NCBI GenBank assembly: GCA_964236955.1
Contig: CAXSGP010000035.1
Location: 1-43,682 of the forward strand
From: an uncultured Oligoflexus sp.
Lineage (GTDB): Bacteria; Bdellovibrionota_B; Oligoflexia; Oligoflexales; Oligoflexaceae
DNA: 43,682 bases
Reading direction: 5' to 3'
A program made the translations under genes and the position numbers. Positions within the stretch are counted from its first letter, which is position 1. Each line of letters opens with the position of its first letter. Under the pieces are notes generated by a model that made no database searches, was not told the DNA's origin, and saw only the letters and a program-made list of their open reading frames with translations. Shown here piece after piece: positions 1 to 9,310 of the stretch.

Positions 1-94
1 GCGTTTCATCGGCAGAACAAAATGCTCATTTATGGGAATAAACTTCGCTTTTTTTCTGCCTCGCGCCTTGCCATCCCCATTTAGGAATTGTCTA
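1..94 (-). repeat. Dispersed palindromic (MITE/REP-like) element, copy 1, truncated by the window edge
   Basis: The reverse complement of 1-82 matches 36638-36719 with about six differences by eye (AAATGGGGATGGCAAGGCGCGAGGCAGAAAAAAAGCG...TTCTGCCGATGAAACGC). Confidence 0.85.
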
Positions 95-105
95 TAATCA
101 TGATT

Positions 106-246
106 TTATCGCCGTGTATTCGGCAGCTTTCGTTCGTTACTTTTTACGCGGACTGGTTGAAGGGCTTGTTTCTGACGTTCGGCCTGATCAACGAGCAGGA
201 TAGCACCGATTGCAGCTAGTCCGGCCAAAATTGCTGTGATTGCCAT
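106..246 (-). CDS. Small single-pass membrane protein, 46 aa (MAITAILAGLAAIGAILLVDQAERQKQALQPVRVKSNERKLPNTRR)
   Basis: Strong RBS AAGGAGGG before the ATG at 246; hydrophobic N-terminal helix and basic tail; sigma28-like promoter upstream; too short for the ORF track. Confidence 0.7.
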   Translation of the reverse strand: MAITAILAGLAAIGAILLVDQAERQKQALQPVRVKSNERKLPNTRR

Positions 247-272
247 AAGACCCTCCTTGAGCATTCCTTGGA

Positions 273-299
273 GTATCGACGCTTTTCAAAGAAAACTAA
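273..299 (-). promoter_or_regulatory. Sigma28 (FliA)-like promoter
   Basis: TTAG-N15-GTCGATAC, compared with the consensus TAAA-N15-GCCGATAA. Confidence 0.5.
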
Positions 300-383
300 A
301 GTAGAAACTTTAGAATAGGCAAAGCCAGGCAAAATATGCTGAAATAGTTTGCGGAAAGACTTCAACGGCTAGAGGACCTTGCC

Positions 384-1661
384 ATGGAACAACTCATTCC
401 ACGTACCCTCAGGCGCTGGGAACACTATCAATCTAACCTTGCTAAATCTGCGGTTTTTTCTCAGTTTCAGAACATGACCAAAGGTCATCTATCCGTTAAT
501 GTCAAAGGTGACCCAGTCACCTATTCCTTCGGTTACGGTAAAAAGGTCAAAGCTCAAATTATGATCAACGACGACAGATTCTTTAGTCGTTTCTGGAGCA
601 ATGGCGAACTAGGCTTCGGTGAATCTTATGTTGAGGGGGATTGGAACAGTCCCGACGTCGCAAGTGTAATTCGATGGTTTCTTCTCAACGTGGATCGCGT
701 GGACGCATTTGTAAGGCCCGAGGCGGTTGAGACGTCCTTCATGCAGCTTATGGTTGGAGTACGACATATCCACGCCCTAATCAATTACAGCCGTTCTCTG
801 ACACCTATGGGAACCTGGGCCTCACGTTATGAACTGGGGCGTCCTTTCTTTAATAAAATGCTTGATCCCTTGCTCTATAACTCCGGCGCGATTTTTGCGA
901 AAAATGATGACCTTGATAGCGCTCAGCAGAGAAAGCAGCGTAAGATTGCTAAAGATCTCCGGGTAAAAACCGGCTCCCGCATCCTCGAGTTGGGATGTGG
1001 CTGGGGCAGCTTTGCGATCTATCTTGCTCAAACCTACGACTGTCATGTCACAGCCGTGACACTGTCCGAAGAGCAGTCGAATTTTATGAAGAAACGCGTG
1101 TTAGAGCTTGGATTAAACGATAAAATAAACTGCCTTCACGCTGACTATCGGGCGGTCCAGGGGCTATACGACCGCATCGTTTCGATTGAACTTGTCGATA
1201 CCCTTGAACCGGGGCTCCTTCCGGAATTCTTCGAACTTTGTGACCGCTGGCTCAAACCGCAGGGCATCATGGTGCATCAGCTGCTGCTCACTCCTGAGGC
1301 TTTTCGGGCTAGCGCCAGCCCTGGCAATGAATGGAATCAAAAATACATTGCACCGGGGATTCTAACGCCTTCACTGAGTCAAGTTCTGGATGCGATGAGT
1401 CGCACGAGTAGTTTTTGTATAAGAAGTCTGAAAGACATAGGCCTTTCTTATAGCAAAACCCTTGCCGCTTGGACCAAAAACTTTAAAGGTCATGCTGCGG
1501 AAGTGAGAGCCCTTGAATTCGACGAACAGTTTATCAGGACCTGGGACTACTACTTAGCTTATGCTGAAGCGGCATTTGACCATGGTCTGCTGACGGCTGC
1601 GCAGATTACTATCAGTCGCGCAACACAAAGGAACGAGGAAAAACCGGCCTTTACCAGCTAA
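384..1661 (+). CDS. cfa: Cyclopropane-fatty-acyl-phospholipid synthase family SAM-dependent methyltransferase (divergent)
   Basis: GELGFGESYVEGDW N-domain, LELGCGWG SAM motif, VTLSEEQ, YSKTLAAW, WDYYLAY. Confidence 0.85.
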   Translation: MEQLIPRTLRRWEHYQSNLAKSAVFSQFQNMTKGHLSVNVKGDPVTYSFGYGKKVKAQIMINDDRFFSRFWSNGELGFGESYVEGDWNSPDVASVIRWFLLNVDRVDAFVRPEAVETSFMQLMVGVRHIHALINYSRSLTPMGTWASRYELGRPFFNKMLDPLLYNSGAIFAKNDDLDSAQQRKQRKIAKDLRVKTGSRILELGCGWGSFAIYLAQTYDCHVTAVTLSEEQSNFMKKRVLELGLNDKINCLHADYRAVQGLYDRIVSIELVDTLEPGLLPEFFELCDRWLKPQGIMVHQLLLTPEAFRASASPGNEWNQKYIAPGILTPSLSQVLDAMSRTSSFCIRSLKDIGLSYSKTLAAWTKNFKGHAAEVRALEFDEQFIRTWDYYLAYAEAAFDHGLLTAAQITISRATQRNEEKPAFTS

Positions 1662-1798
1662 ATTCAGTCACACCGAAGATGGTAAATCCTGATCGAAGCC
1701 AAGTAAATTCAAGGCCCGTCCAGCCTCTATCCTGGACAGCCGGCCGCTCAATAAGGCCTATCACGGTCCTTTATGATTCGTCACCTGAAGGAGGGCAC

Positions 1799-2440
1799 GT
1801 GGATTTCAAGATTTGGATGATCAGTTTTTTCTCTTCCTTCACGGCTCTCTTTGCAATCGTCGACCCCTTTGCTCTTATCCCGATTTTTCTGGCTATGACC
1901 GACCGTTTTTCCCAACTCGAACGTCGCCACGTCTGTCTGAAGGCGGCTCTGGTGGCGACATGCATACTCCTCACTTTTGCCCTGGCGGGAGAACGCATCT
2001 TTCACCTTTTCGGCATTTCAATACCAGCCTTTCAGATCGCGGGTGGCATTCTCCTTCTTAGACTTGGTATCGAGCAGCTCAGCGCGGATCGCGTACGTGT
2101 GAAGAGCGAAGAGGAACGGGAATCCTTTGAGCGCAACGATATCTCGATTTTTCCCATTGCGACACCGCTTCTTGCGGGTCCGGGATCGATTTCGACGGTT
2201 GTCATCCGAGCGAGCTCTATCAAAAGTTTCCCAGAAGAACTGGTTTTCATGCTCTCTATCGTCAGCGTGTTTCTCTTGACCTACAGTCTGCTGCGCAGCG
2301 CCCCCTACCTCTATCGCCTGTTGCGCCGCACCGGACTTAACCTTTTGACTCGCATCATGGGCATTATCCTTACAGCAATGGCTGTACAATATATTATCGA
2401 TGGACTGACCACGGTCTGGCGCCAATTGCAGGCTACCTGA
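1799..2440 (+). CDS. MarC family integral membrane protein
   Basis: FAIVDPFALIPIF, FGISIPAFQIAGGILL, PIATPLLAGPGSI, TRIMGIIL; start moved to GTG 1799 behind RBS GAAGGAGG. Confidence 0.9.
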   Translation: MDFKIWMISFFSSFTALFAIVDPFALIPIFLAMTDRFSQLERRHVCLKAALVATCILLTFALAGERIFHLFGISIPAFQIAGGILLLRLGIEQLSADRVRVKSEEERESFERNDISIFPIATPLLAGPGSISTVVIRASSIKSFPEELVFMLSIVSVFLLTYSLLRSAPYLYRLLRRTGLNLLTRIMGIILTAMAVQYIIDGLTTVWRQLQAT

Positions 2441-2508
2441 TTAGGCCTTGAAGTAAGTTCGCCATTGTTTCAGACTTCGCCTAAGATTAGAGCTCAGAGG
2501 AGACGACG

Positions 2509-3231
2509 ATGATACGAATTTTCGCACTTTATGCTTTGCTAGCAACGACACAGATCTACGGCGGGACCGCGAGTCCTGAAACTCAATTTGAGCTGAGGGA
2601 CCCCAAGACCAAGGAGATCTATTTCACAGGCCGTGAAAAAACCAGTCAGGACGGGGAAGCAATCCGTAAGGAAACTCTTTATTTTGACAGCAATAAAAAA
2701 GAAGTTTTAAAGGATTCTTTTGCTTTTGACGCAAAGACTTTGCGTGCCATTGATTTTATTTCGTCCAATGCCATAACCGGGGAAGAGATCAAGGTCAGTG
2801 GCCAGGACCAGGGTCTTGACATACAATATCGCCCTAGCCACGACGGCAAGACGGGAACGAACACGGTAAAGAGCGAAAAGCAAATTTATCTACCCAGCAT
2901 CGCGGGTGATCTCATCCTGCAAAATTGGGACAATCTCATGACGGGTAAAGCCGTGAAATTTGATCTTGTGATTGCCTCCCGCATGGAGACCATTCCCTTT
3001 CAACTCGTTCGTCGCGAAGCCCTTACCGTAGATAATGAAGAACGCGAAGTCTTCACGCTGATGCCGCAAAACTTTCTCATTCGCATGCTTGCTCCCCATC
3101 TCGAATTTCAATACGGCAAAGACAAAAAGATCCGCCAGGCCTTATTCCCAAGTCCTCTGCCCATCCATGGCGGTCAGAACCAAATGGTGGAAATGGTTTT
3201 TAGACCGAATGACGCTAAGCTCAGTAATTAG
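2509..3231 (+). CDS. Secreted hypothetical protein
   Basis: RBS GAGGAG, signal peptide, beta-rich body; follows cfa-marC on the same strand. Confidence 0.75.
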   Translation: MIRIFALYALLATTQIYGGTASPETQFELRDPKTKEIYFTGREKTSQDGEAIRKETLYFDSNKKEVLKDSFAFDAKTLRAIDFISSNAITGEEIKVSGQDQGLDIQYRPSHDGKTGTNTVKSEKQIYLPSIAGDLILQNWDNLMTGKAVKFDLVIASRMETIPFQLVRREALTVDNEEREVFTLMPQNFLIRMLAPHLEFQYGKDKKIRQALFPSPLPIHGGQNQMVEMVFRPNDAKLSN

Positions 3232-3522
3232 TTGAACGCCTTCGGCCAACAGCTCCCGTGTTAACATCCGCTTCGGCGAGAATTTGTAATGCTCCCGCTG
3301 AAAAATATTTCTCACCCTATCGGCAAGGATTCGGTTTCCCGATCGTCCAAGAAGGGAGCCGCGGCCGGCGCTGCGCCTCCCATGGGCTATTGAGGTGAAA
3401 ATCAGGATGGAATCACTGCAGCTGGCCCAGCAAAAATCCTCGCTAAAGTGGGAGGATAAAGTGCTCAAACCTTGCAGAATGACCAAGGCTCACATCGGGA
3501 GTTTTCCCAGTGCGGGGGCTTT

Positions 3523-4686
3523 TTAGTTTTTGCTTATAAGTTGAAAGGTATCGACGACATCGCCGGTGATATTCTTAAATTCACAGCGCGCCTTGCGGGG
3601 ATCGTTATCGACGTGAAAGGTGCAGAATAAGGCTCCATAATTGGCATTTTGATTAGCCGTGTAGACCTTGGCCCACCAATCACCCTTCTCAGGCTCACGT
3701 TTATCGCCCTTGAGCGCTTTGAGAATCTTCTGCCAGATTTCCTCTTCGCCCTCCTCACGAATCGATTTGCCGCCAAGTCCGGAAACAAAGGCGAAACTGT
3801 GACCCGCGTCAAGCACCAGATCACTTCCGCGACTGGCGACGGTTTGCTTTTCAAAATTACTCATGAGAAAGGTGCGCGAATAGGAATGCTCGTGCGCGGT
3901 GGCAACGATCGCTCCATGTTCCCGGCAGGTTTCATAGACCTTCCAGCCCGTCTCATCCTCTTTGCTGCCGACTTGCATCATTGTCTGGTTTTTATGCCAC
4001 ACGCAAATACTAAAGGCCGCTTTTTTCTCGCTTAGGGACTGCTCGATAAACTCTTCATGCCTGTCACCCTTGGTGCCAACGGCGGATATTGCAATGACAA
4101 GACCTTCATATTCGCAACGGTGCTTAATCCCCAATTCGCCCGTGCACTTCGCCTTCGGCATCTTATCGAGTCGGGCTTTAAGTTTAGCGGAATATCCCGA
4201 CCATTTGTCAACGTCATGATTGCCTATTGAGGCCAAAATAGGCATATCGCCAACGGTGTCGGTCAGCATCTTGTCCCACTGGTCGGGACTGTCTTCGTAA
4301 TCGAAGTCGCCGGGAATGATAAGCAGATCGGTTTTTTCGGACTTAATCAACTTAAGAACAGCATGCGAGCCTTCCGAGACTCCCTGATCGCCGACAAAAG
4401 CAACCTTAAAGTTGGCGGGAGTGGTCAGCAGATCCGATGGCAATTCACTGCCCGGCTTGTCATTGCCCGTTCCTGTACCGTTGCCCGTTACGGTTCCCTC
4501 CCCCACTCCCTGCTCGGTATCATGGCCCGACGGGGCTTGCTTTTGCCCTTCGCCCGTTGGGTTGCTTCCGGAACCGGGGGTTGGTTTAGAGGTTTTACTG
4601 GGGGCGCAGGCGATGTTTAAAAGGATTGACAATGAAACTAAACTGAACAGGCCCACGCCCACGTTCTTTGCGTTGTTGAATTTCAT
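3523..4686 (-). CDS. Metallophosphoesterase lipoprotein (calcineurin-like / purple acid phosphatase-like)
   Basis: GDQG, GDFDY, GNHD, WH and HEHSY motifs; lipobox NIAC; G/T/P-rich linker; start moved to MKFNN at 4686. Confidence 0.85.
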   Translation of the reverse strand: MKFNNAKNVGVGLFSLVSLSILLNIACAPSKTSKPTPGSGSNPTGEGQKQAPSGHDTEQGVGEGTVTGNGTGTGNDKPGSELPSDLLTTPANFKVAFVGDQGVSEGSHAVLKLIKSEKTDLLIIPGDFDYEDSPDQWDKMLTDTVGDMPILASIGNHDVDKWSGYSAKLKARLDKMPKAKCTGELGIKHRCEYEGLVIAISAVGTKGDRHEEFIEQSLSEKKAAFSICVWHKNQTMMQVGSKEDETGWKVYETCREHGAIVATAHEHSYSRTFLMSNFEKQTVASRGSDLVLDAGHSFAFVSGLGGKSIREEGEEEIWQKILKALKGDKREPEKGDWWAKVYTANQNANYGALFCTFHVDNDPRKARCEFKNITGDVVDTFQLISKN

Positions 4687-5052
4687 CCTGGTCTCGCTTG
4701 ATAAATCGTTGTGCAACGACTTTAACAGAAATAGGCGATTGTATGTAAATGTTTTAGAGAGTGTCAGGAATTTTCCGCCTTCGGAATCGCTCGGCATTTG
4801 TTCTCGAATCAGGCTCGATTCAAACTAGGTGCTGAATGAGGCCGCCGTAAAGGTTGGCGGCAAGTGGCTACCCCCAGGGCTGGTCTAAATCGAGTTTAGA
4901 AACGGACTTCTCGACACTTTTTTTCTTATGAACTATCCTTGTCAATATCGCTTTTGCAGCATATACGATATTCTCTGCGTTGAAAGCTGCTCCCACACAA
5001 TCTGTTTATGGCAAATAAAGGACAGCAGGACCCTGTCACTTGCGAGGTGATC

Positions 5053-5724
5053 ATGAATAAATCAGAAAAACTTAAAACCCTTCTGCAGGCCAAAAAAGCC
5101 ATTCTTTTTGATTTAGACGGCACCCTGGTTGACAGCAATGACTTTCATGCGGAGGCCTGGTCAAAGGTTCTTACGAAAAATGGTCATTCCTTCTCCCAGG
5201 CTACGATTCGACCGTGGATAGGTAAGGGAGGGGACAAGATACTCAAGGAACTCGTGGGAATCGATGACAAGAGTAAAGAAGGCGAACAAATACTTTCCAT
5301 GCGAAGTACTTTGTTTAAGGAAATCTACGCACCGCGTATTCAGGCCTTCGCCAAAGCCGCTGATCTCCTCCATTGCCTAAGGGTCAGTGGCTATACAGTT
5401 GCACTTGCCTCTTCGGCAAAATTAGATGAGCTGAATGCCGTATTAAAGGTCGCGGGTCTGGTAGGCACAGTAGATCAAATTACAAGTTCGGACGATGCGG
5501 AACACTCGAAACCGGATCCTGACATCCTCACATCGGCCTTAGCGAAATGCAAAGTTTCTGCCGCTTATGCAATCATGGTTGGCGACACACCCTACGATAT
5601 CGAAGCGAGCAAAGGTGCGGGAGTGAAGACCATCGCCGTTCGATCCGGCGGATGGAGCGACGAAAGCCTAAAGGATGCGGATCTTATTTTTGATAATGTG
5701 CATGAGATACTGATTTCCTTATAA
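5053..5724 (+). CDS. HAD-IA family hydrolase (phosphoglycolate-phosphatase-like)
   Basis: FDLDGTLVD, KPDPD, VGDTPYDI; RBS GAGGTGA before ATG 5053. Confidence 0.9.
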   Translation: MNKSEKLKTLLQAKKAILFDLDGTLVDSNDFHAEAWSKVLTKNGHSFSQATIRPWIGKGGDKILKELVGIDDKSKEGEQILSMRSTLFKEIYAPRIQAFAKAADLLHCLRVSGYTVALASSAKLDELNAVLKVAGLVGTVDQITSSDDAEHSKPDPDILTSALAKCKVSAAYAIMVGDTPYDIEASKGAGVKTIAVRSGGWSDESLKDADLIFDNVHEILISL

Positions 5725-5934
5725 TGAAAGTATCGGCCTTAGGCATTGCGCGAAGACAGGATATTCTCATATTGCCCTTTCTGGCGAATCAGAAGGCTTC
5801 GCCAGAGGCTTCACCATTCAATCAATCTTCCTGTCGACAACAGTCCCTAGATCCATTTAAAAGATCTCTCCGATCAAAGATCCAGAGATTCCACTAATCC
5901 ATCCGCTGTCTATCCGCTGTCCATACGTTAAATT

Positions 5935-8154
5935 TTACAGCGAGTTAAAGTAGGCCCTCACTATTTTGCAAAATTCACTCCGCTTGTGCGATAGGGAGGG
6001 CCCGTCTTCCGTACTTAGACTCTTGCCGTTTTCATCCCCGAGTAACCTTGGATAGATGTATTGGCTCGGCCGAACCTGGAGCTTGGGCAAATCCAAGGTC
6101 TGTTCCTCGCTCCCTATCATCAGCATTGCATAGCTATTCATTTGTGGCAGAACAGGTGTAAACATGGCTTTCAGATCGGCATTTCGGTTGATCAGATCCA
6201 GCAGACCAAAGTACAGAACCAACTCCCCGAGATTAACTCCCGACTCATTCCAATACCGGTCGTCCTCAGTGAGAATGTCTTTAGAGCTGCGATGCAGGGC
6301 TAGATCCTCCGTACTTACGACTGCCGACCATTTTAAGCCCGACGCATCTGCGTCCGCAGCCGCCGCGCATTCATCAACGAGAATTTGCTGGAATAAGGCT
6401 TTTTTAGCGGCTGGATTGATAATTTCCCGCCGGTAGAGCTGATAGGCGACGCGCCGGCCCAGCAGAATATTCAAGATGGTATTGGAAAAGTTATAGTATC
6501 TTTTCGGCAAAGTGAAGGAATTCAGATCTTTTCGCAATGAAAAACTAAGAGAGGCAAATCGATCTTTCGTCGAAGCGCCTCCCGGCAGGTCCTCGATGGC
6601 CTTGAATTCTTCGGCACTTACCCTTCCTCCATCGTCACCGAGTGCACCTGGCCAGTTAGGATAAGAGCCCCAGATCGGTCTCGGACGCTTGCCATGGCAA
6701 ATTTTGCAGGCCGTGTCGTCCTGCGAATAAAGCACCTCGGAAGCACGAAAGTCTATCTCACGGAATTTCCAGCTGCCGTCGTCCATTGCCTCCTGCATCT
6801 CTATATTCTCCCGTAGGGGATCATTGGGATGACTGCTAAATCCCAGGAGTAAGCGCGCGCTATCGCTGAACATAATCAGCCGTGGATGACTGGCGTCCGA
6901 TAGGTGGCGACTCCTAGTGTCTCTTATAAGAACATAATTTCTCTTGAAGACTTCGGGTAAGGCCAGAATAAGACCTTCCACGTTTTTGATCTGTGAATCC
7001 TTTACAAATTGAACGATGTCGTCAATACCGATGTTGACCGGCAACGGCGCGACCGCCTTGCGAACGGGCACTGAAACTTCGACGTTGCCCGTGGTCCTAA
7101 TTTCCTGCTCCTTTAGGAGCAACCATTTGCCTTTTATCGATTCTTCCAGGCGAATGATGACTTTAGTCTGATCTTTGGGGTAGCTGATGGTATTGTCAAC
7201 GGCATCAAGCATACCTTCCTTTATCTTCTGGCCGTCCCTTATCACCATCCACCTTAGGGATCGATTGAACTCATTAACTGTCAACACCTGCGGGGGTTTG
7301 GAAAAGCCATTTACAGCCCATTGCAGAAGCGCTGTCCTTTCCGCTTCCGAGAGAATGCCTCCAGGCGGCATCTGCTTTTGGGTAGGGGCCGTTAGCTGCA
7401 GTCTTTGTTCGAAGGCATTGATTAAAGAAGGGGACAGATTCCTAGGCGGCCAGCTGAGAAGATCCAGCCCGGCCTCCGAACGGGAGCCGGAATGACAAGC
7501 TATGCAGCGTTCATCAAGGGTCTTTTTTACGCTTGGTAAAACCCGAATCCTAAACTGCGCGTCCATTCCAAAGTTGTCATCATACAAAGGCTCATCGATG
7601 CTCGGGTCATAGATTTTCTCAAGGCGACAGATAACCGATTTTCCTGCTTCGATCAGGGGGATAGATCCGCATGGCTTATTGTTTGGGGTGTGAAGCCGAT
7701 GATTCACCGAATCACTATTAACTATTTTAAGATCCTGGCCGAGTTCTGCAAAAAACGTCTTCGTTTCATTGTTCCACGCTTTAGCGCCGGTCTTATCGGC
7801 TATGGTGAAAGTAATCTGGGGCCTGGGAATTGCCTCAGAATTTTCGGGAAGAGGCAAGACGAAGCGAATACTCATTGTTTCTTGCTTGGGCGTCGCTTGC
7901 GGTAAATTAGACGGAATATTTTTATCGTTGAGTTTGGGCTCCGGAATCAAAACGGGTGTCGTGTCGATGGGACTTGCTGGACTGATTTTGGCTTTATCAG
8001 GGCTTGAGGGCGCTTCGGAAGTGGACCGATTATTTTCGATTAGATCATCAATTTTAACATGTTGCACCTGCTTTTTGGAAGCAATCATAGATTTGCAGGC
8101 CGCGGTCAATGCAAAAATAAAAATTAGCTGATGACTTATTCTCATGATTTTCAC
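5935..8154 (-). CDS. Multidomain c-type cytochrome lipoprotein with two CxxCH motifs
   Basis: Lipobox LTAAC; Pro-rich linker; cupredoxin-like segment (HRLHT...PC); CIACH...MPP cytochrome c domain; second haem motif CKICH followed by PRPIW..YPNWPG. Confidence 0.75.
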   Translation of the reverse strand: MKIMRISHQLIFIFALTAACKSMIASKKQVQHVKIDDLIENNRSTSEAPSSPDKAKISPASPIDTTPVLIPEPKLNDKNIPSNLPQATPKQETMSIRFVLPLPENSEAIPRPQITFTIADKTGAKAWNNETKTFFAELGQDLKIVNSDSVNHRLHTPNNKPCGSIPLIEAGKSVICRLEKIYDPSIDEPLYDDNFGMDAQFRIRVLPSVKKTLDERCIACHSGSRSEAGLDLLSWPPRNLSPSLINAFEQRLQLTAPTQKQMPPGGILSEAERTALLQWAVNGFSKPPQVLTVNEFNRSLRWMVIRDGQKIKEGMLDAVDNTISYPKDQTKVIIRLEESIKGKWLLLKEQEIRTTGNVEVSVPVRKAVAPLPVNIGIDDIVQFVKDSQIKNVEGLILALPEVFKRNYVLIRDTRSRHLSDASHPRLIMFSDSARLLLGFSSHPNDPLRENIEMQEAMDDGSWKFREIDFRASEVLYSQDDTACKICHGKRPRPIWGSYPNWPGALGDDGGRVSAEEFKAIEDLPGGASTKDRFASLSFSLRKDLNSFTLPKRYYNFSNTILNILLGRRVAYQLYRREIINPAAKKALFQQILVDECAAAADADASGLKWSAVVSTEDLALHRSSKDILTEDDRYWNESGVNLGELVLYFGLLDLINRNADLKAMFTPVLPQMNSYAMLMIGSEEQTLDLPKLQVRPSQYIYPRLLGDENGKSLSTEDGPSLSHKRSEFCKIVRAYFNSL

Positions 8155-8511
8155 CTGATTGCTTGGGTTCGAATCCGTTCTGATGCAAAGCAGTCACTGG
8201 AAATATTAGGAATCATTTTTCCAAGCAAAAAAAGGTTGTAGAAATGTTGTTCTTTTGAAAATGCTTTATAGTTTAACGGCCAGTAGGAAATAATCTCTAA
8301 GCTCCCTGCCGCGACCGAGCAAATCCGTATCGGACCTTTATGGGATATCCCAAAGTGCGATCTGTATAGCTCTAATATGGTTTAAGAATTCGAAAATAAT
8401 TAATGGATTAGCCATCAATCGAATGATGCATTCTATATTTGCCACAGTTATAACCCGGACAGGCTCTCAACTGAGTTATTGAAAATTTGATAGGCCATCC
8501 CATTAAATGCC

Positions 8512-8541
8512 AAAGGTGGATACCCGAGGGATCCACCTTTT
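8512..8541. terminator. Intrinsic terminator-like hairpin
   Basis: AAAGGTGGAT-9 nt-ATCCACCTTT, downstream of the 8611-9180 gene. Confidence 0.7.
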
Positions 8542-8610
8542 CACAGTTCGGCAAGGAGCTGAATGACAACCCGGCTTACCCTTAAAAGGGCACGGGAAAA
8601 AACCCAGGAA

Positions 8611-9180
8611 TCAAGCTAAAAAAGCGGTTTCCAACTGCTCAATTTGAGCCCGCTCGGCAGGCGAAATTTTTGCACCCAGACCGAGGTATCCCCCAGCTGC
8701 CTTTGCAACACTTTGGGTGCGTTCCATAATGTGCTGCTTGAGATTGGCAAAAGCTGCGGGCTCCATACTTTTCCTGAGTCCCTGGATATAAACCTTCCAG
8801 GTTTCAAAAAGTTTTGAATCTGGCGGTGTACCCAGCCAGCTTTCAATCAATTGATAGGCCGGGTCGGACGTATGCAGGCCCTCCTCGGTCAAAGCCTTAA
8901 GAATAGCACTTCGCTCCTTCACTGCAATGCTACCATCGGCCCAGGCTGTCAGGACCAGCGGTACCGAAGACATCGCGACGGCAGTCAGCGGCGTGACCTT
9001 ATTATCAAGGAGATAGGCAAGGATTTTTTCGTCCTTGATGCCCGATACCTTGGAAAGCTCAAGACTATTTTCGGCGCGGGTACGCTCCGCTTTGAGTTTA
9101 GCCATGAGTTCCAAACTTTGGCGGGCAAAAAACTCCTCTTCCAGTGCTCTCCGGCCGCCATCTCTGTAGTCCTGCGTCAT
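8611..9180 (-). CDS. Hypothetical protein with TerB-like motif
   Basis: AWADGSIAVKE resembles the TerB ADGxxxxxE motif; N-terminal helix RRALEEEFFARQ; RBS GGAGG before ATG 9180. Confidence 0.7.
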   Translation of the reverse strand: MTQDYRDGGRRALEEEFFARQSLELMAKLKAERTRAENSLELSKVSGIKDEKILAYLLDNKVTPLTAVAMSSVPLVLTAWADGSIAVKERSAILKALTEEGLHTSDPAYQLIESWLGTPPDSKLFETWKVYIQGLRKSMEPAAFANLKQHIMERTQSVAKAAGGYLGLGAKISPAERAQIEQLETAFLA

Positions 9181-9310
9181 GAAAACCTCCAATTAGTCCT
9201 GATCATTGAGGCACAATATGAACAGGATTCGATGAGACAAAGCTAAGGCAGCTTCGCATCTGATAATAAAGATACCAACATGGGAGCGAGCGGGACCAAA
9301 AAAGTCGACC

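Noticed and set aside
3142..3486. 114-aa minus-strand ORF
   Set aside because: Overlaps the upstream plus-strand gene, has no RBS, and shows no recognisable motif.
5848..5921. Cluster of GATC sites and a 10-bp direct repeat (ATCCGCTGTC x2), oriC-like?
   Set aside because: No DnaA boxes or replication genes nearby; only two short units.
8165..8176. GGGTTCGAATCC, resembling a tRNA T-loop
   Set aside because: No 5-bp T-stem, D-arm or acceptor stem around it.
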